This document shows, piece by piece, positions 52,640 to 64,000 of a DNA stretch of 64,000 nt (position 1 is its first letter; every line of letters begins with the position of its first letter). The stretch lies in contig NC_042997.1 of NCBI RefSeq assembly GCF_006345805.1, positions 29,140,001 to 29,204,000 of the forward strand. The letters run 5' to 3'. The position numbers were made by a program, and so were the translations under genes. Origin of the DNA: Octopus sinensis. Lineage: Eukaryota. The notes under the pieces were generated by a model. It was not told where the DNA came from. It did not search any database and worked only from the letters and a program-made list of their open reading frames with translations.

Positions 52640-52783
52640 CTGTAACAGAGCAGAATACATCAACGGCAGAGTATGTAGAAAAGAAACAAAATAAACAAAT
52701 TGATAACTACGCCATTTTTCATTGCCAACATGTCGTCCAGTGAAGAAAGGATCCAGAGGAATAGAGTTACTGTTGTTATATAC
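52640..52783 (-). CDS. Candidate internal coding exon of an unidentified host gene
   Basis: Acceptor tttagtttaatttcag|G and donor CAG|gtattt; exactly 144 nt, phase 0-0, open: VYNNSNSIPLDPFFTGRHVGNEKWRSYQFVYFVSFLHTLPLMYSALLQ; protein family not recognised. Confidence 0.6.
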
Positions 52784-53187
52784 CTGAAATTAAACTAAAA
52801 TTGGGAAATGCCAACAAGAACGAAATTGGATAAGATGTACGAGAAATAATATCAGAAGCATAAACAGTGGTCATGCTCTGGCATATGCTGATATGCCCAT
52901 AATTCAAGAACGGACCTCATCAGTCAAATATATTTTCACATTCTACCGGGGTAGAGATTGAGTTCAAATAAAATTATTAATTCAGAGCTGGATAATATAT
53001 CTTTTCTTTGCTTGTTGCTTGCAAGGAGCAAGTGAAAACTTATGCATAAACCGACGAAATAGAATACAGTATACAAACACAAATCTTTAGCCTTAAAAAT
53101 GGACGCTCTTATCACTAAGAATCATATGAAGTCAAGTACTTTAGCAAAAAAAAAAAAACTAGTATAAAATTTCAGTAATATATTTTC

Positions 53188-53394
53188 TATACTAGGCACA
53201 AGATCCGACGTTTTGGGGGAGGGGCCAGTCGATTAGATGGACTCCAGTATGCAACTGGTGTTTCAGTTATCGACCCCGAAGGGATGAAAGGCAAAGTCGA
53301 CCTCGGCGAAATTTGAACTCAGAACGTGAAGACACACGAAATACCGCTAAACATTTTGTCCAGCGCGCAAACGATTCTGCCAGTTCGCCGCCTT
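53188..53394 (-). mobile_element. SINE family 1
   Basis: Reverse complement of the family 1 copies. Confidence 0.9.
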
Positions 53395-53461
53395 AACCAT
53401 TTGTTTCATAATGTTGTGAGAAGTTCTCTTACGAATTTAACGCTAATATTAATTTCAAACT

Positions 53462-53665
53462 TTAGCACTTGGCCAGCAATTCTGGAGTTGGGTAGAACCA
53501 TTATATCAACCTCAATAATCGACTGGTACTTATTTTATCTATCTCGAAAAAATGAAAGGTAAAGTTGACCTTGGCGGGATTTGAACTCAAAAGGTTATGA
53601 CAGACGATATACCCCTAAGCATTTTGCCAGGCGTGCAAATTATTCTACCAGATCTGCCATCTTAT
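53462..53665 (-). mobile_element. SINE family 1 (older copy)
   Basis: Reverse complement, more diverged. Confidence 0.8.
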
Positions 53666-54346
53666 ACATAACATTTATATTACTGAACATTTTCATTGAT
53701 ACATTGAATCCTTTTACTGTTACCGATCGACAGTAAAATTCTTAATATGGCGGATGCTAAATATAATTTATGTTAAGCGGCCTCATATATCAATAGAAAA
53801 CAAATACCCTTTGAACAGTTTTACAAGAGTTCAGGTGCATTCCGTATTCCTGTACAAGAAGCTGACGAAAAATGGATCAGTAACCATAACATTTACCAGC
53901 TATCGTAGGTCAAATAACACCTATGAGGGACACACTGAAAATATTCATTCCTAGACCAACCGACATATCTAGATTAAGGGATGATGACATATTGTACAAA
54001 GGCATATAAATCGTGAAATTTCATCAAGGGTTAAAACTTGTCATCAGCAAGTGAGAATCGATTTCCTATACGGTCAAATATACAAGGCAATGCAACAATT
54101 GCAGCAGAATGGTAAATAATGTGTTATTACTACTGATAAAAGTCACAATACATCAAAGTCTACTGAATGGTCAGAAACAAGTAATACTATATATATGGCA
54201 GCTGATAATCCTTCTAGAAAAATATTTGTAGAGATACGAACGGAATTATGATTAAATGCATTATAAACAAAAATATACCAACAAGGATGTAAATATCTGC
54301 AAGAAGGAAATTGAATATATATGCGTGCGTCTGTGTGTGCACACAT

Positions 54347-54399
<53 letters not shown>

Positions 54400-55330
54400 C
54401 TTACATATATACATATATACATATGCATATACATATATGTACGTATGTGTGTGAATGGATATATGAACATATATATGAATGTATGCATGAGCATTTTAGA
54501 CATTCAACTGATAAGAGAAAATGTATAAAAGAAAAAAAAAACTCTCTGAAACATATATTATATAGAACTTTACTTCGAAAAAATAGTAGTTTATAGATAA
54601 AAACTAAAGTGAAAATCGCAACATTTAGGAAGAATATTTTAGACAGTAAGTATAACGAACAACATGCTGCTCACCAAGGTAAGTAGAAACAAAGATCTAA
54701 ATAAGAACTAAAAAAGAATCACTTTGAACAAGATGTTACTGACAATTGTAGAAGATACATCAAATTAGTTACAACACATATGATGGGAATACAACAATAT
54801 TTCATCGCTGTTATTTGCCCATTGCTTTATAGTTTTCCATTTTCGATTTCTTTCTATATCTACGAAATAGCTTGTAAACCTCTGAACTTGGAGAATCACA
54901 ATTCTACTGACATTATTATCAATGACCATATTCATCTGTCTCTTATCTGCTCTACCCAGTAGTGTCTTATCTTCTTACGCAGCAACACCAAAGGATTAAA
55001 CTATATGTTGCGTCCTTTGTGTATTCAAAATGATGTATGGTCATATGTCTCAGCAACATTATTTTGACCTTTGAGAGTCGACAATGATGAATTTTATTCA
55101 GTTTCAATACAGACACGTGAATATTTTATAACTTTCAAAGCAATAATTTTCTTAGTGTAAATGGCATTAGATATAATGCTTAATAAAAATATCATTTTTT
55201 TCAGTCGAGACACATTATAACAATTGCCCAACGTTATAAGTTTGCAAGACTGTAAACCTAGCTGCACATAAAAGCAGACGCATAAAGTCTCATTCACATT
55301 TGCTGACACGATCACATGTGGGCTAAATAC

Positions 55331-55413
<83 letters not shown>

Positions 55414-56800
55414 TACATACATACATATACTGGCTATGAGTTTGGTGTACTGTATTTGCCACATTTGCGACAAGTTTAATAAATGAACAAACAGGCATAC
55501 ATTCTTCCTCACGCTTTCGCCTATCAAAACATTTATACACATGCACACACATGTGCATGCGCATGCTCGCACTCACGCGCGTGCAAACATACACACACAC
55601 GTATGCATACATACACACACACACACACAGAGGCACGCACGATCTCATACACACACAATTACGCTTGCCTTATATGAAAATTTAACATCCTGGAACCCAG
55701 TATGTAGGGACATTGAAGTAGAGGCTTTAAAACAAATAACGAAAAGAAAACAACTGGCTGAACGTCAACTTGTATTTCTTTATTTCGGGGTTAATACTCA
55801 TTTTTATGGAGAAAATTGAGAAACGTATTGAACAGATATTTTTTCCTAGTTACATGTAAGTCTTCTATATTAGCACAGGCACAGAATGGTAGGATTGCAA
55901 AAAACAGTTTCCCTTAAGTAATTCTCATCTAATTTCGGTTTGTAAATGTAATTTATAAGTGAGGAGATGCCGTTTCATTCTGAAATCACCGATAATATGT
56001 TCTATTGCCGAAATGTTAACTGTAAAATTCTGAACGTGGGCCTATTTCTAATAATTTCTGGAATGATGTATTTGTTTCTGGTTGCTTCTTAATCTGAATA
56101 TGCAGATTCAACAATATGAGCCATACATGGTGCACGAGATTGTCTGCAGCAAATGTAACAGTTACCACATCGGGTGATGCGCATTGGCATCAAGGGACGT
56201 GAGAATGGGTCATTGCAAAAATCACCTGGAACAATGCCATTCTCAGGATTTTACGGCGAAAAAAATCACATTGCTAATTTCAGGATCTAAGGAAACTACA
56301 CCAGTGGAAAAGTAGAATCAACTATTAACAAGATACACGAAATAGTCAGGTTACTACAACTCTCTTAATCTGACTATATCACAAAACACACAGGCCATTC
56401 ACATAACTGAAATAACCTATTAGTAGACTCCATCCTCAATTTTTTTTCTGACGAAGGTCTATTTTCCTTGAAATACAGAAATAAAAGTAAAGTGAAAAAG
56501 TTGTTTTGTTTTCATTTATTCTGCATGAATTGTATTTTTCGCTTTGCCTTCCATTGTCTTTTAAACAATTTATTTTAGCATTAACATTGCGCAATCATAC
56601 ATAAAGCTCACATCATATGTGTGTGAGTAATGGGCGTTTACTTGCTTATTACTGAATGTGGAAGTATATGTACGTAAATCTTTATACATGATTATACCGG
56701 AGTAAACACATAAATGTGAAACAAGGTGGAAAAAAGAGTACTCAAATACCAGTGGTAGAGTAATATGCTTTATTTTAAGCAGCAGAAAATTCAACAAAAT

Positions 56801-56838
56801 CTGTTACTCTGAGTTTCTCGTTGCCGTTCATCAGACAG
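56801..56838 (-). ncRNA. Minimal type I hammerhead in a ~160-bp dispersed repeat (56686-56845)
   Basis: CTGT CTGATGA ACG GCAA CGA GAAAC TCAGA GTA ACAG: stem I CTGT/ACAG, GNRA loop II, near-palindromic stem III. Confidence 0.7.
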
Positions 56839-56889
56839 TTTTTGCTAGATTATGTATATAATCATATGTATATGATTATATACATATAT

Positions 56890-57190
56890 GTGGAGGCACA
56901 TGGCCTAGTGTTTAGAGCAACGGACTCGCGGTCGAGGGATCGTGGGTTCGAATCTCAAACCGGGCGATGTGTGTGTTTATGAGTGGAACACCTAAGCTCC
57001 ACGCGGCTCCGGCAGAAGGTAATGGCGAACTTCTGCTGACTTTTCGCCACAACTTTCTCTCGCTCTCTCCTTCTGCATCTTGCAGCTCACCTGCGACGGA
57101 CTGACGTCCCGTCCAGGAGGGGAACGTATACGCCAAGGAAAGCGGGAAACCAACCCTAATGAGCCAGGCGTGGCTCGAGAAGGAACAAAC
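56890..57190 (+). mobile_element. tRNA-SINE with a family 3 head and a different 3-prime part
   Basis: tggcctagtgtttagagc / gggttcgaatctc boxes; same first ~170 bp as 11266, then ctgcgacggactgacgtcccgtccagg. Confidence 0.85.
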
Positions 57191-57361
57191 AAATACATAT
57201 ATATGCGTGACTGGGTGTATGCATATACATCAAGATATGCTGACTCAATGACATACAAGAAGCGACGTATGCTTATCATTTACAATTGTGCCACACGGAC
57301 TATACGGTCTGTTGTGTATATGTATATATATTTTGTATATCTATCTGTGTATCTCTCTCTC

Positions 57362-57421
<60 letters not shown>

Positions 57422-58097
57422 CAGTTATTAATGCATAAATTAAAAACGTTATTTATACAAATCTTGCAAGAGGTAAGCCTGCGTTATGCAAAGAGGAAAT
57501 TTAACAAATATACACATCGAGGCACAAATTAATTCATACCAGGCTTGAATAGGCCTTAAGGCGCTTGCATGATATATCAAAGCATTTAAGAAATTTAAGA
57601 AATTTAAGAAATGTTCTAGAACATAAAGGAAGGACAGGAGAACATATTCTAAGCTCCATAACCAACCTAGATTATATTCTTTCCACTTTATATTATCAAT
57701 CATAAACTACACAGCCAGTAAGCGAATAACTACAAAGGCATTGCATTAGAAACACTACACTTGAGTATAAGGTTATCAGGTACACAAGTACAACAATTCC
57801 CAAAGGGGGATGCCAAAACCGTAACACTAAACTACATCTAGTTAGACAGAACACTGACTTCGGACAGCAACGTGTCTGAAATAGCACTCAACCGCACAAG
57901 CTTACAATCAGAACAGATTCCAGTTTGCATACAACCTCATCCTCAGCACTAACTAACATAGATCTATTTATAAGGCTTCGAAACGAACCAACTTGTCAGA
58001 CCCTGAAGATGAAGAGAAAACACTTGCCAGGCTGCATGCTCCTCTGTTCGTGCTTTCTTGGTGACCTCAGGTTTACGTCCTTCGGCAGGAATGACTA

Positions 58098-58135
<38 letters not shown>

Positions 58136-58220
58136 AGTGTAGATCGTATACGAGTGGGTATATATTTATAAAAAAGTAGTTTGAAAACGCCACTATATAA
58201 GATGAATTTAAATTTTCTTT

Positions 58221-58275
58221 GAAATTTTACATGTTTCGGTCCTTCTTGAAAAAACGAACCTCATCAAAACTTTTT
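58221..58275 (-). ncRNA. Minimal hammerhead with a C3-to-U substitution
   Basis: aaagtt TTGATGA GGTTC gttttttcaagaa GGACC GAAAC AT GTA aaattt; palindromic ACATGT. Confidence 0.55.
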
Positions 58276-58578
58276 TGAACGTTAAGTGTAATAAAAATGT
58301 TCATATTTGTTTATTACTTGTCTCAACAGAATCCACGTGGTTGTTTGACCGAAAAATATATACGTGTGAGTTCGTGTGTGTGTGTGTGTGATTTTGTGTG
58401 TATGTGTATCATATCGAACCGTTCATCCGTGCACATTGTTCTCACCCCGTTTTTTCTCTCTTAATCATTTCTGCAGTCTCAAAACGTCAAAGATTGTCTC
58501 ATTCTTCCCTAGTATTAAACTAACATGCCTCCTTGTTCTTTCACCTGTTTTCGTCTTTTGTTTTCTGTAAATTTGAAC

Positions 58579-58626
<48 letters not shown>

Positions 58627-58827
58627 AACATATGTATAGATATATTTGCGTGTATGTGTGCGCGTGTGTGTAGAAGTAAATATGTATATAAATATGAAAA
58701 AATAATGCAATACGAAAGTATTGCTTTCCAGTAAAAGATAGCCCGTAAGCGTAAAATTATACATAGAAAAATAAATAAATGGTACTGGCATAGATGTGGC
58801 AACATTTCAAATATTGTCTAGGTATAT

Positions 58828-58894
58828 GCAGCTGATGAAGACAAATCAAATCTACGTTGTCAAACGTATTTGAAGAGTCTGAAACCGGTCCTGC
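58828..58894 (+). ncRNA. Type I hammerhead with intact core and extended stem II
   Basis: GCAG CTGATGA AGAC aaat CAAA tc TACGTT gtca AACGTA TTTG aaga GTCT GAAAC CG GTC CTGC; GUC cleavage after 58890. Confidence 0.75.
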
Positions 58895-58914
58895 TTTATC
58901 CGATTCTAGGTTTT

Positions 58915-59080
58915 CCATTTTTCAAATGTTCTTCCGAGAGGTAAGACAAATTTTTTTCATGTTTGTTGCACACACGCGTCTTTGCTAGTATATACGCAGT
59001 GAAGCTATACAATAGCGTCGTATTTATTACGTTTGCTATTTTCCAGTATGTATCGGTGCCTTGTTGTACCATTTATTTAC
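58915..59080 (+). repeat. Dispersed repeat shared with 50430-50605
   Basis: gaggtaagac..gttgcacacacgc..ttttgcta..tacgc.gtgaagcta.ac..tagcgtcgtattt present in both. Confidence 0.8.
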
Positions 59081-59292
59081 TTTTTTATGTATGTATATAT
59101 ATATATATTATATATTATATATCCCTCATAATCAATATGTTGGAAGAGATAAAGAAAGAGAAAGAGAAAGAGAATGAGAGAGAACTGAAAATAAATGTGC
59201 GAATAGGAAATGCAATCATATATGACAGCTTCCGAATTATATATATATATGTGTCTGTGCATGTGTGTGTGTGAGTGTGTGTATACCCCCTC

Positions 59293-59353
<61 letters not shown>

Positions 59354-59356
59354 TTT

Positions 59357-61685
59357 AATTCTCATACTTGCAGTAGGCAGCTTGATATCCTGGTGTAACC
59401 ATTTAGATGTTTAAACAAATAGTTTATGAAGGTGCAATGTACTAGAAACGTGAAACATGTGGATAGAGTGTAATTTAATGAAGAACATGTTCATTATAAA
59501 CGGCATTTCTGCGTTTCAAAAAGTAAGATTTATCACCAACTAATTCTCAAAATTATCGATGTACAATGACCTTCGAAAGGAAATAAATTCGATACTCGAT
59601 AACGTAATGGATACAGTAACGATAATGATTGGGATTTTTTTTTTCTCTGGCAGAAACGAAACAAAATCAGAAATTAAATTTTATTACATCTGAGCAGAAT
59701 TTCTTCAATATTATATTTTATGCTTATCAATTTTAATTAAAGAACATAATTCCCAAAATATATATTTTATACACAATCCTCTATCAATTCTACAACACGT
59801 ATGCAGAGTGTAACGAAGTAAACGTAATCCGTCCGCTCGGTCTTATTTATCACGGTTGAAAGAAGGGAATGTATCGATGTTCTATATATTGATGTTGTTG
59901 AATGTTGGACGTTTACAGTTGCAGAATTAAGAATACGGTAATAATTACAATTCAAAGCAAAGCAACATATATTACAGTTGAAGCTACACACTTGCAAAAA
60001 AATCAGAGAAACAAATTTTGGAATGAGAAGGTAAACGATTTTCTTGAGTGAATTAAAGCCAAGTCAGTTGAACTCACTCCGTTTACATGTTGTCTCGAAT
60101 GTGTTTGTTTTGAGAACATTTTTACGTGTTCAGTTGAGAGTTGTAGAGCGTTTGTTGTTGTCATAGGAGAAATTACATTGTGGCTCTGAAGAGAAATCCT
60201 AATCATTATGCTCCAAAATCAGGTCACTTTGAAGTTATGCATACGTCTATCTGTCGATCAAGTATAGGGAAACCTAGTACTGAAAGCGATTGTATGGTTT
60301 ATAGATTGTTGATGTACAGTGCAACTATGATTTCGTAATAAAGTGAGGCAATTATTTTGAATGATGAATAAATACAAGTTTTAGCCAAAACAATTGTGCG
60401 GTATATTCGATGTCGCTGTTCATTGGTTAGAGCAGATTTTGAAAATGGAAGATGGTATCATATGCGCTGCAACAACATTGATGAGTATGACTATCTGTCA
60501 CGATTTCACATTCGGAACCCCAAATACTGAATAGAATCCGTAGGCTATCATTATTTCCCAGGATATTCAGACTTGGAATGGTAGTATTGTGGCAATGTCT
60601 ATCGTGACATTATTACTTTCACAACATTTAGAAAGGGAAAATACAGAGTAAGTATTGGTTAACTCCGTTCTTGTGATAGCGGTATCGGCGTTTACATATC
60701 TGGAGAAACATATAGCGTACGTTTTATTATACTTTTTGTGGCTATCTTATTACCTATGGCTTATTAAAAGCACGTGTGATGAGCTGATGACTTTCAGGAT
60801 CAAATACTTGTTTATATCTTAGAAATTGTGCAGACTGTAGTGTTTTCCCACAGACTTTGTTAAACTATAACGTTAAATTAGTATTCACTAGAACACTTTA
60901 ATTTACGAACATACAAGTATTAAAGTTGATACTAAAGTCTCTTTTCTTATTACTGCTTCTATTATGATGTTTCTCCTTTTCCTGTTCAGCAACTTCCTAA
61001 CATTATAAACAATACACAAGTAAAATCTACAATCGAAACAGAGCTGACACAGAGTCAGCGTTGAATAATAAATGTTTTGTTATTCATTTATGAGTTGAAA
61101 AGCTAACATGAAGTGTCCATTAGCTCCCAGCTGATACCACTTATTTCAGACTAGTTTTGCTCCTGGTTGAATTCGTAGCATAACGTAATGGCAAATATCA
61201 CACAAGCTCAAGCAAATTGCCAGCCTACGCAAGGTACCTTTTCTTTTAGATTAATGAACTCTTGTAAATCAATTGAGAAAATATAGTATGTAGTAGAGTG
61301 AACACACGGCTGACAGAAAAGACAGAGCACCTGATAATCAATTGGAAAAGCATTGTGCGCACAAAAGATTTAAAATCACAGGAAATAGTAAAGATAAACA
61401 TATGTGCGATAAACATTACTTCTCAGCAAAGAAGTTGTTGAAAATGAACTCTTCTATGAAAGTCATTTACCGACATCGACTAAAGTTTAAAAGTTGCTGC
61501 AGGGTATGCAGATGTTATGTACTTTACGTATCAGTGAGAGGTTTTGAAATGGAAATAATTTTAATTTATTACACTCTACCCGTATGTTTCACGTTACTAG
61601 CACATTGCATCTTCATAAATTATGTCTAAATATCTAAATGATTAAACTAGGATATCAAACTGCCTACTGCAAGTATGAGAATTGT
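59357..61685. repeat. Inverted ~115-bp arms (59357-59475 and 61568-61685) about 2.1 kb apart
   Basis: aattctcatacttgcagtaggcagcttgatatcct against aggatatcaaactgcctactgcaagtatgagaatt. Confidence 0.8.
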
Positions 61686-62358
61686 AATTGTGAGCAGAAA
61701 ATATTCTACATTGTCATAGAAATTGGCATAAGATCACCCTCATTACAATAGTGTCAGTTACTTATTATGAAATATTTTAGGTAGATTTGGTCATGAAGGA
61801 ATTTTATGTCACATCCAGGTATGTTTTCAGTTTAAAACTACTAGTTTTCTCTCATAATAAATTTGTGCTTGATATACATAAACTTATGTACAATTCTTTT
61901 AATCTTAAGAGTTCTCATCTCATATTTGCGACATTATCCACAGTATTTGGATAAAGAAATGCGATGTTACTTTCTAACCCTAAGCAAAATCTCATACGAA
62001 GTCCTGTACTAGTCTACCGACCAATTTTGCGACGGGCATCATTCCAGCAGTTATTGTTTTATCTTTCCATCTGCTAGAACTATATTTTTACAAAGCTGTA
62101 TAGATAAATATTCTAGTCATTAATATTCGGAGCAGATGACAAGGTTTATTAGCTCACGTAGAATGTATGCTAGTGCTTACCTATTTTCCCGGTATAAGTA
62201 TCCACAATACAAAATGGAAATTTCATTAAGTGCACTTAAAGCAATTATTTCTATAATTGTTTCAGATTTAACAAATTATCTGAATAAACTTTTTATATTT
62301 TTTATAGAATTGCCAAGATCACTTTGCATATATTAGAAAGTTGTACCTCATCATCATC

Positions 62359-62394
<36 letters not shown>

Positions 62395-62449
62395 AAAGCG
62401 GTATATGTTATGCGGTGCAGATACCTTACTAGTGTACCTTACTAGAAGT

Positions 62450-62810
62450 AGTGATGGAGCATCATAGCCACGTGTTGAGAGAAAATCTATGGGTTTTGAA
62501 TCCCCGCCCCCGTGGAAACAGAGGTGTTTCGTTCAACATCCTTCAACAATCCTTATTCAGGGACCCTTTGAACGGGATTGGCTTCTTGACCTGAGGAAAA
62601 TTCTAAGTGGGCTCCACCTGCAAGGTCATGCGCTGTTTATATCGATATGAGAGCACCATGTCGTGCACATATGGTTGTCATGTATGTTCCTGGAGTACAC
62701 TTATTAGACGAGTAGTCATGATATGTATACTGAGATTTCGTATATTTTACCCCAAGGTCACTCTGACGATATGCGCTGGTCTCTCACTCAGTAGTAGTAG
62801 TAGTAGAGAT
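62450..62810 (+). mobile_element. SINE (family 4) with an (AGT)n tail
   Basis: Degenerate tRNA-like head (gggttttgaatccccg), body cccacctgcaaggtcatgcgctg.., ends ctctcactc(agt)n. Confidence 0.7.
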
Positions 62811-63534
62811 TGATACTAATCGTTTTTTATTACCCACGCAGGACTCAATGATAAAAATATTAACGCATTACAAAAATGCTTTATGAAACGAAAAGGAAAA
62901 ATGGTTAATGTTGACGTGCATCCCTCAGTGTGTAGCTAGATTTGATCTCGAAAGTCATCCGCTACAATAAACACTTCCCTGAATACCTGGATATTAAGAA
63001 CGACAGGAACAGCCCCCAGCACGAGGCCTCCATGTTCCCACCATTGCCACTACTAAAAGAAATATGTGAGAGGAAGAAATACAGCCACGATGAGTATAAA
63101 GAAATAATATACACTTACTGAAATGCATCAGCGAGGCAAGATCATGAGAGAAATACCCTGCGAAATTTTTACATGCTATGGAAAGCACGAAGTCAAGTAA
63201 ACAAACCCTATTTTGAGGAAAAAATATTTAAAAAATGATAAAAGTAATAAACTCACAAATACTGAAAAAATCACGACCTGGCATTCGGTGAAAAGTTACC
63301 TAAATATAAGACAGAAAGAATCGGATGAAACGTGTAGCACGATGTGAGTTTCAATCGAAAGACAGTCATCTGACTAAAACATTCGAAGTCTTAACGAAAT
63401 AATGAATCCTAATGAATCTAATAAATATAGACTTAAATGCGATAAAGAAAGAGTATTTGATTACCATACAATTAATGCAGAAAACAGAATCTATGATATG
63501 AATGAAAAATAATTTCCCCAAAACACAATTCTCA

Positions 63535-63720
63535 AGTTATTTACATTATTTAAATTTGACTGATACTTGTCTTCATCTTGTTTGTTGTTAATACAAAGTT
63601 TCGACTGATACACCCTCCAGCCTTCATTAGGTATCTTGGGGGAATTTCTAACCTGGGTTATCATTCCTAAGGTATTTTTTGATGTTGTTGTTATTGCTTT
63701 TATTATTATTATTATTATTC
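63535..63720 (-). repeat. Dispersed repeat with a decayed hammerhead
   Basis: Minus strand: atac CTAATGA AGGCTG gagggtgtat CAGTC GAAAC TTT gtat; related to 51850-51978. Confidence 0.65.
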
Positions 63721-64000
63721 TATGGTTGACTTTTGCTTTATATTTGTACAAGTTGGCTACAAGTCTCACCCAGAGACCTCAAGAGACAACAGGTTGGAAG
63801 TTCATATTGTTGTTATGCCTAGTGTGCCATATATTTGGTTTTGTATTTAGTGTTGTACTAGTGAACGTCTAAAAGAAAAGAAAATACGAAAATTATGTTT
63901 GTTTTAAAACTTGAGATTACATAGAAAGTATTTTGCGTAGGATATGAGCAGTTCGATATCATTATTAATATTATTATTATTATTATTATTATTATCATTA

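Noticed and set aside
56445-56490. CTGACGA-AGG..CCTT-GAAAT motif
   Set aside because: No valid stem III or NUH site downstream
59420-59460. ATGA-AGGTGC..GTACT-AGAAAC-GTG motif in the inverted arms
   Set aside because: CUG of the core is missing in both arms and the triplet is GUG

Overview
AT-rich, microsatellite-dense eukaryotic DNA made mostly of transposon relics. The tRNA-SINE families and the (TA)n/(CA)n load suggest an octopus (coleoid cephalopod) genome, but that assignment is an inference. Main contents: (1) a decayed Penelope-like retroelement (PLE; RT plus GIY-YIG) at about 4.1-8.1 kb with inverted pseudo-LTRs; (2) two tandem arrays of a ~560-bp unit (1.26-3.68 kb and 8.47-9.99 kb) flanking it in opposite orientations; (3) further PLE relics, several as fold-back insertions; (4) Chapaev-like, Tc1/mariner, Helitron/Helentron and LINE remnants, plus many SINEs; (5) at least one plausible minus-strand host coding exon (52640-52783). 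The most notable signal, found by reading the repeats as RNA, is a high density of hammerhead ribozyme (HHR) motifs from several unrelated repeat families. Every full ~560-bp satellite unit carries a type I HHR, so the arrays resemble retrozymes or ribozyme satellites sitting beside the kind of autonomous element thought to mobilise them. A ~460-bp repeat at 15.8-16.85 kb carries two canonical HHRs. The PLE pseudo-LTR carries a U3-A8 compensatory core variant. All ribozyme folds were done by eye; none was tested computationally or experimentally. Most ORF-track entries are microsatellite artefacts.
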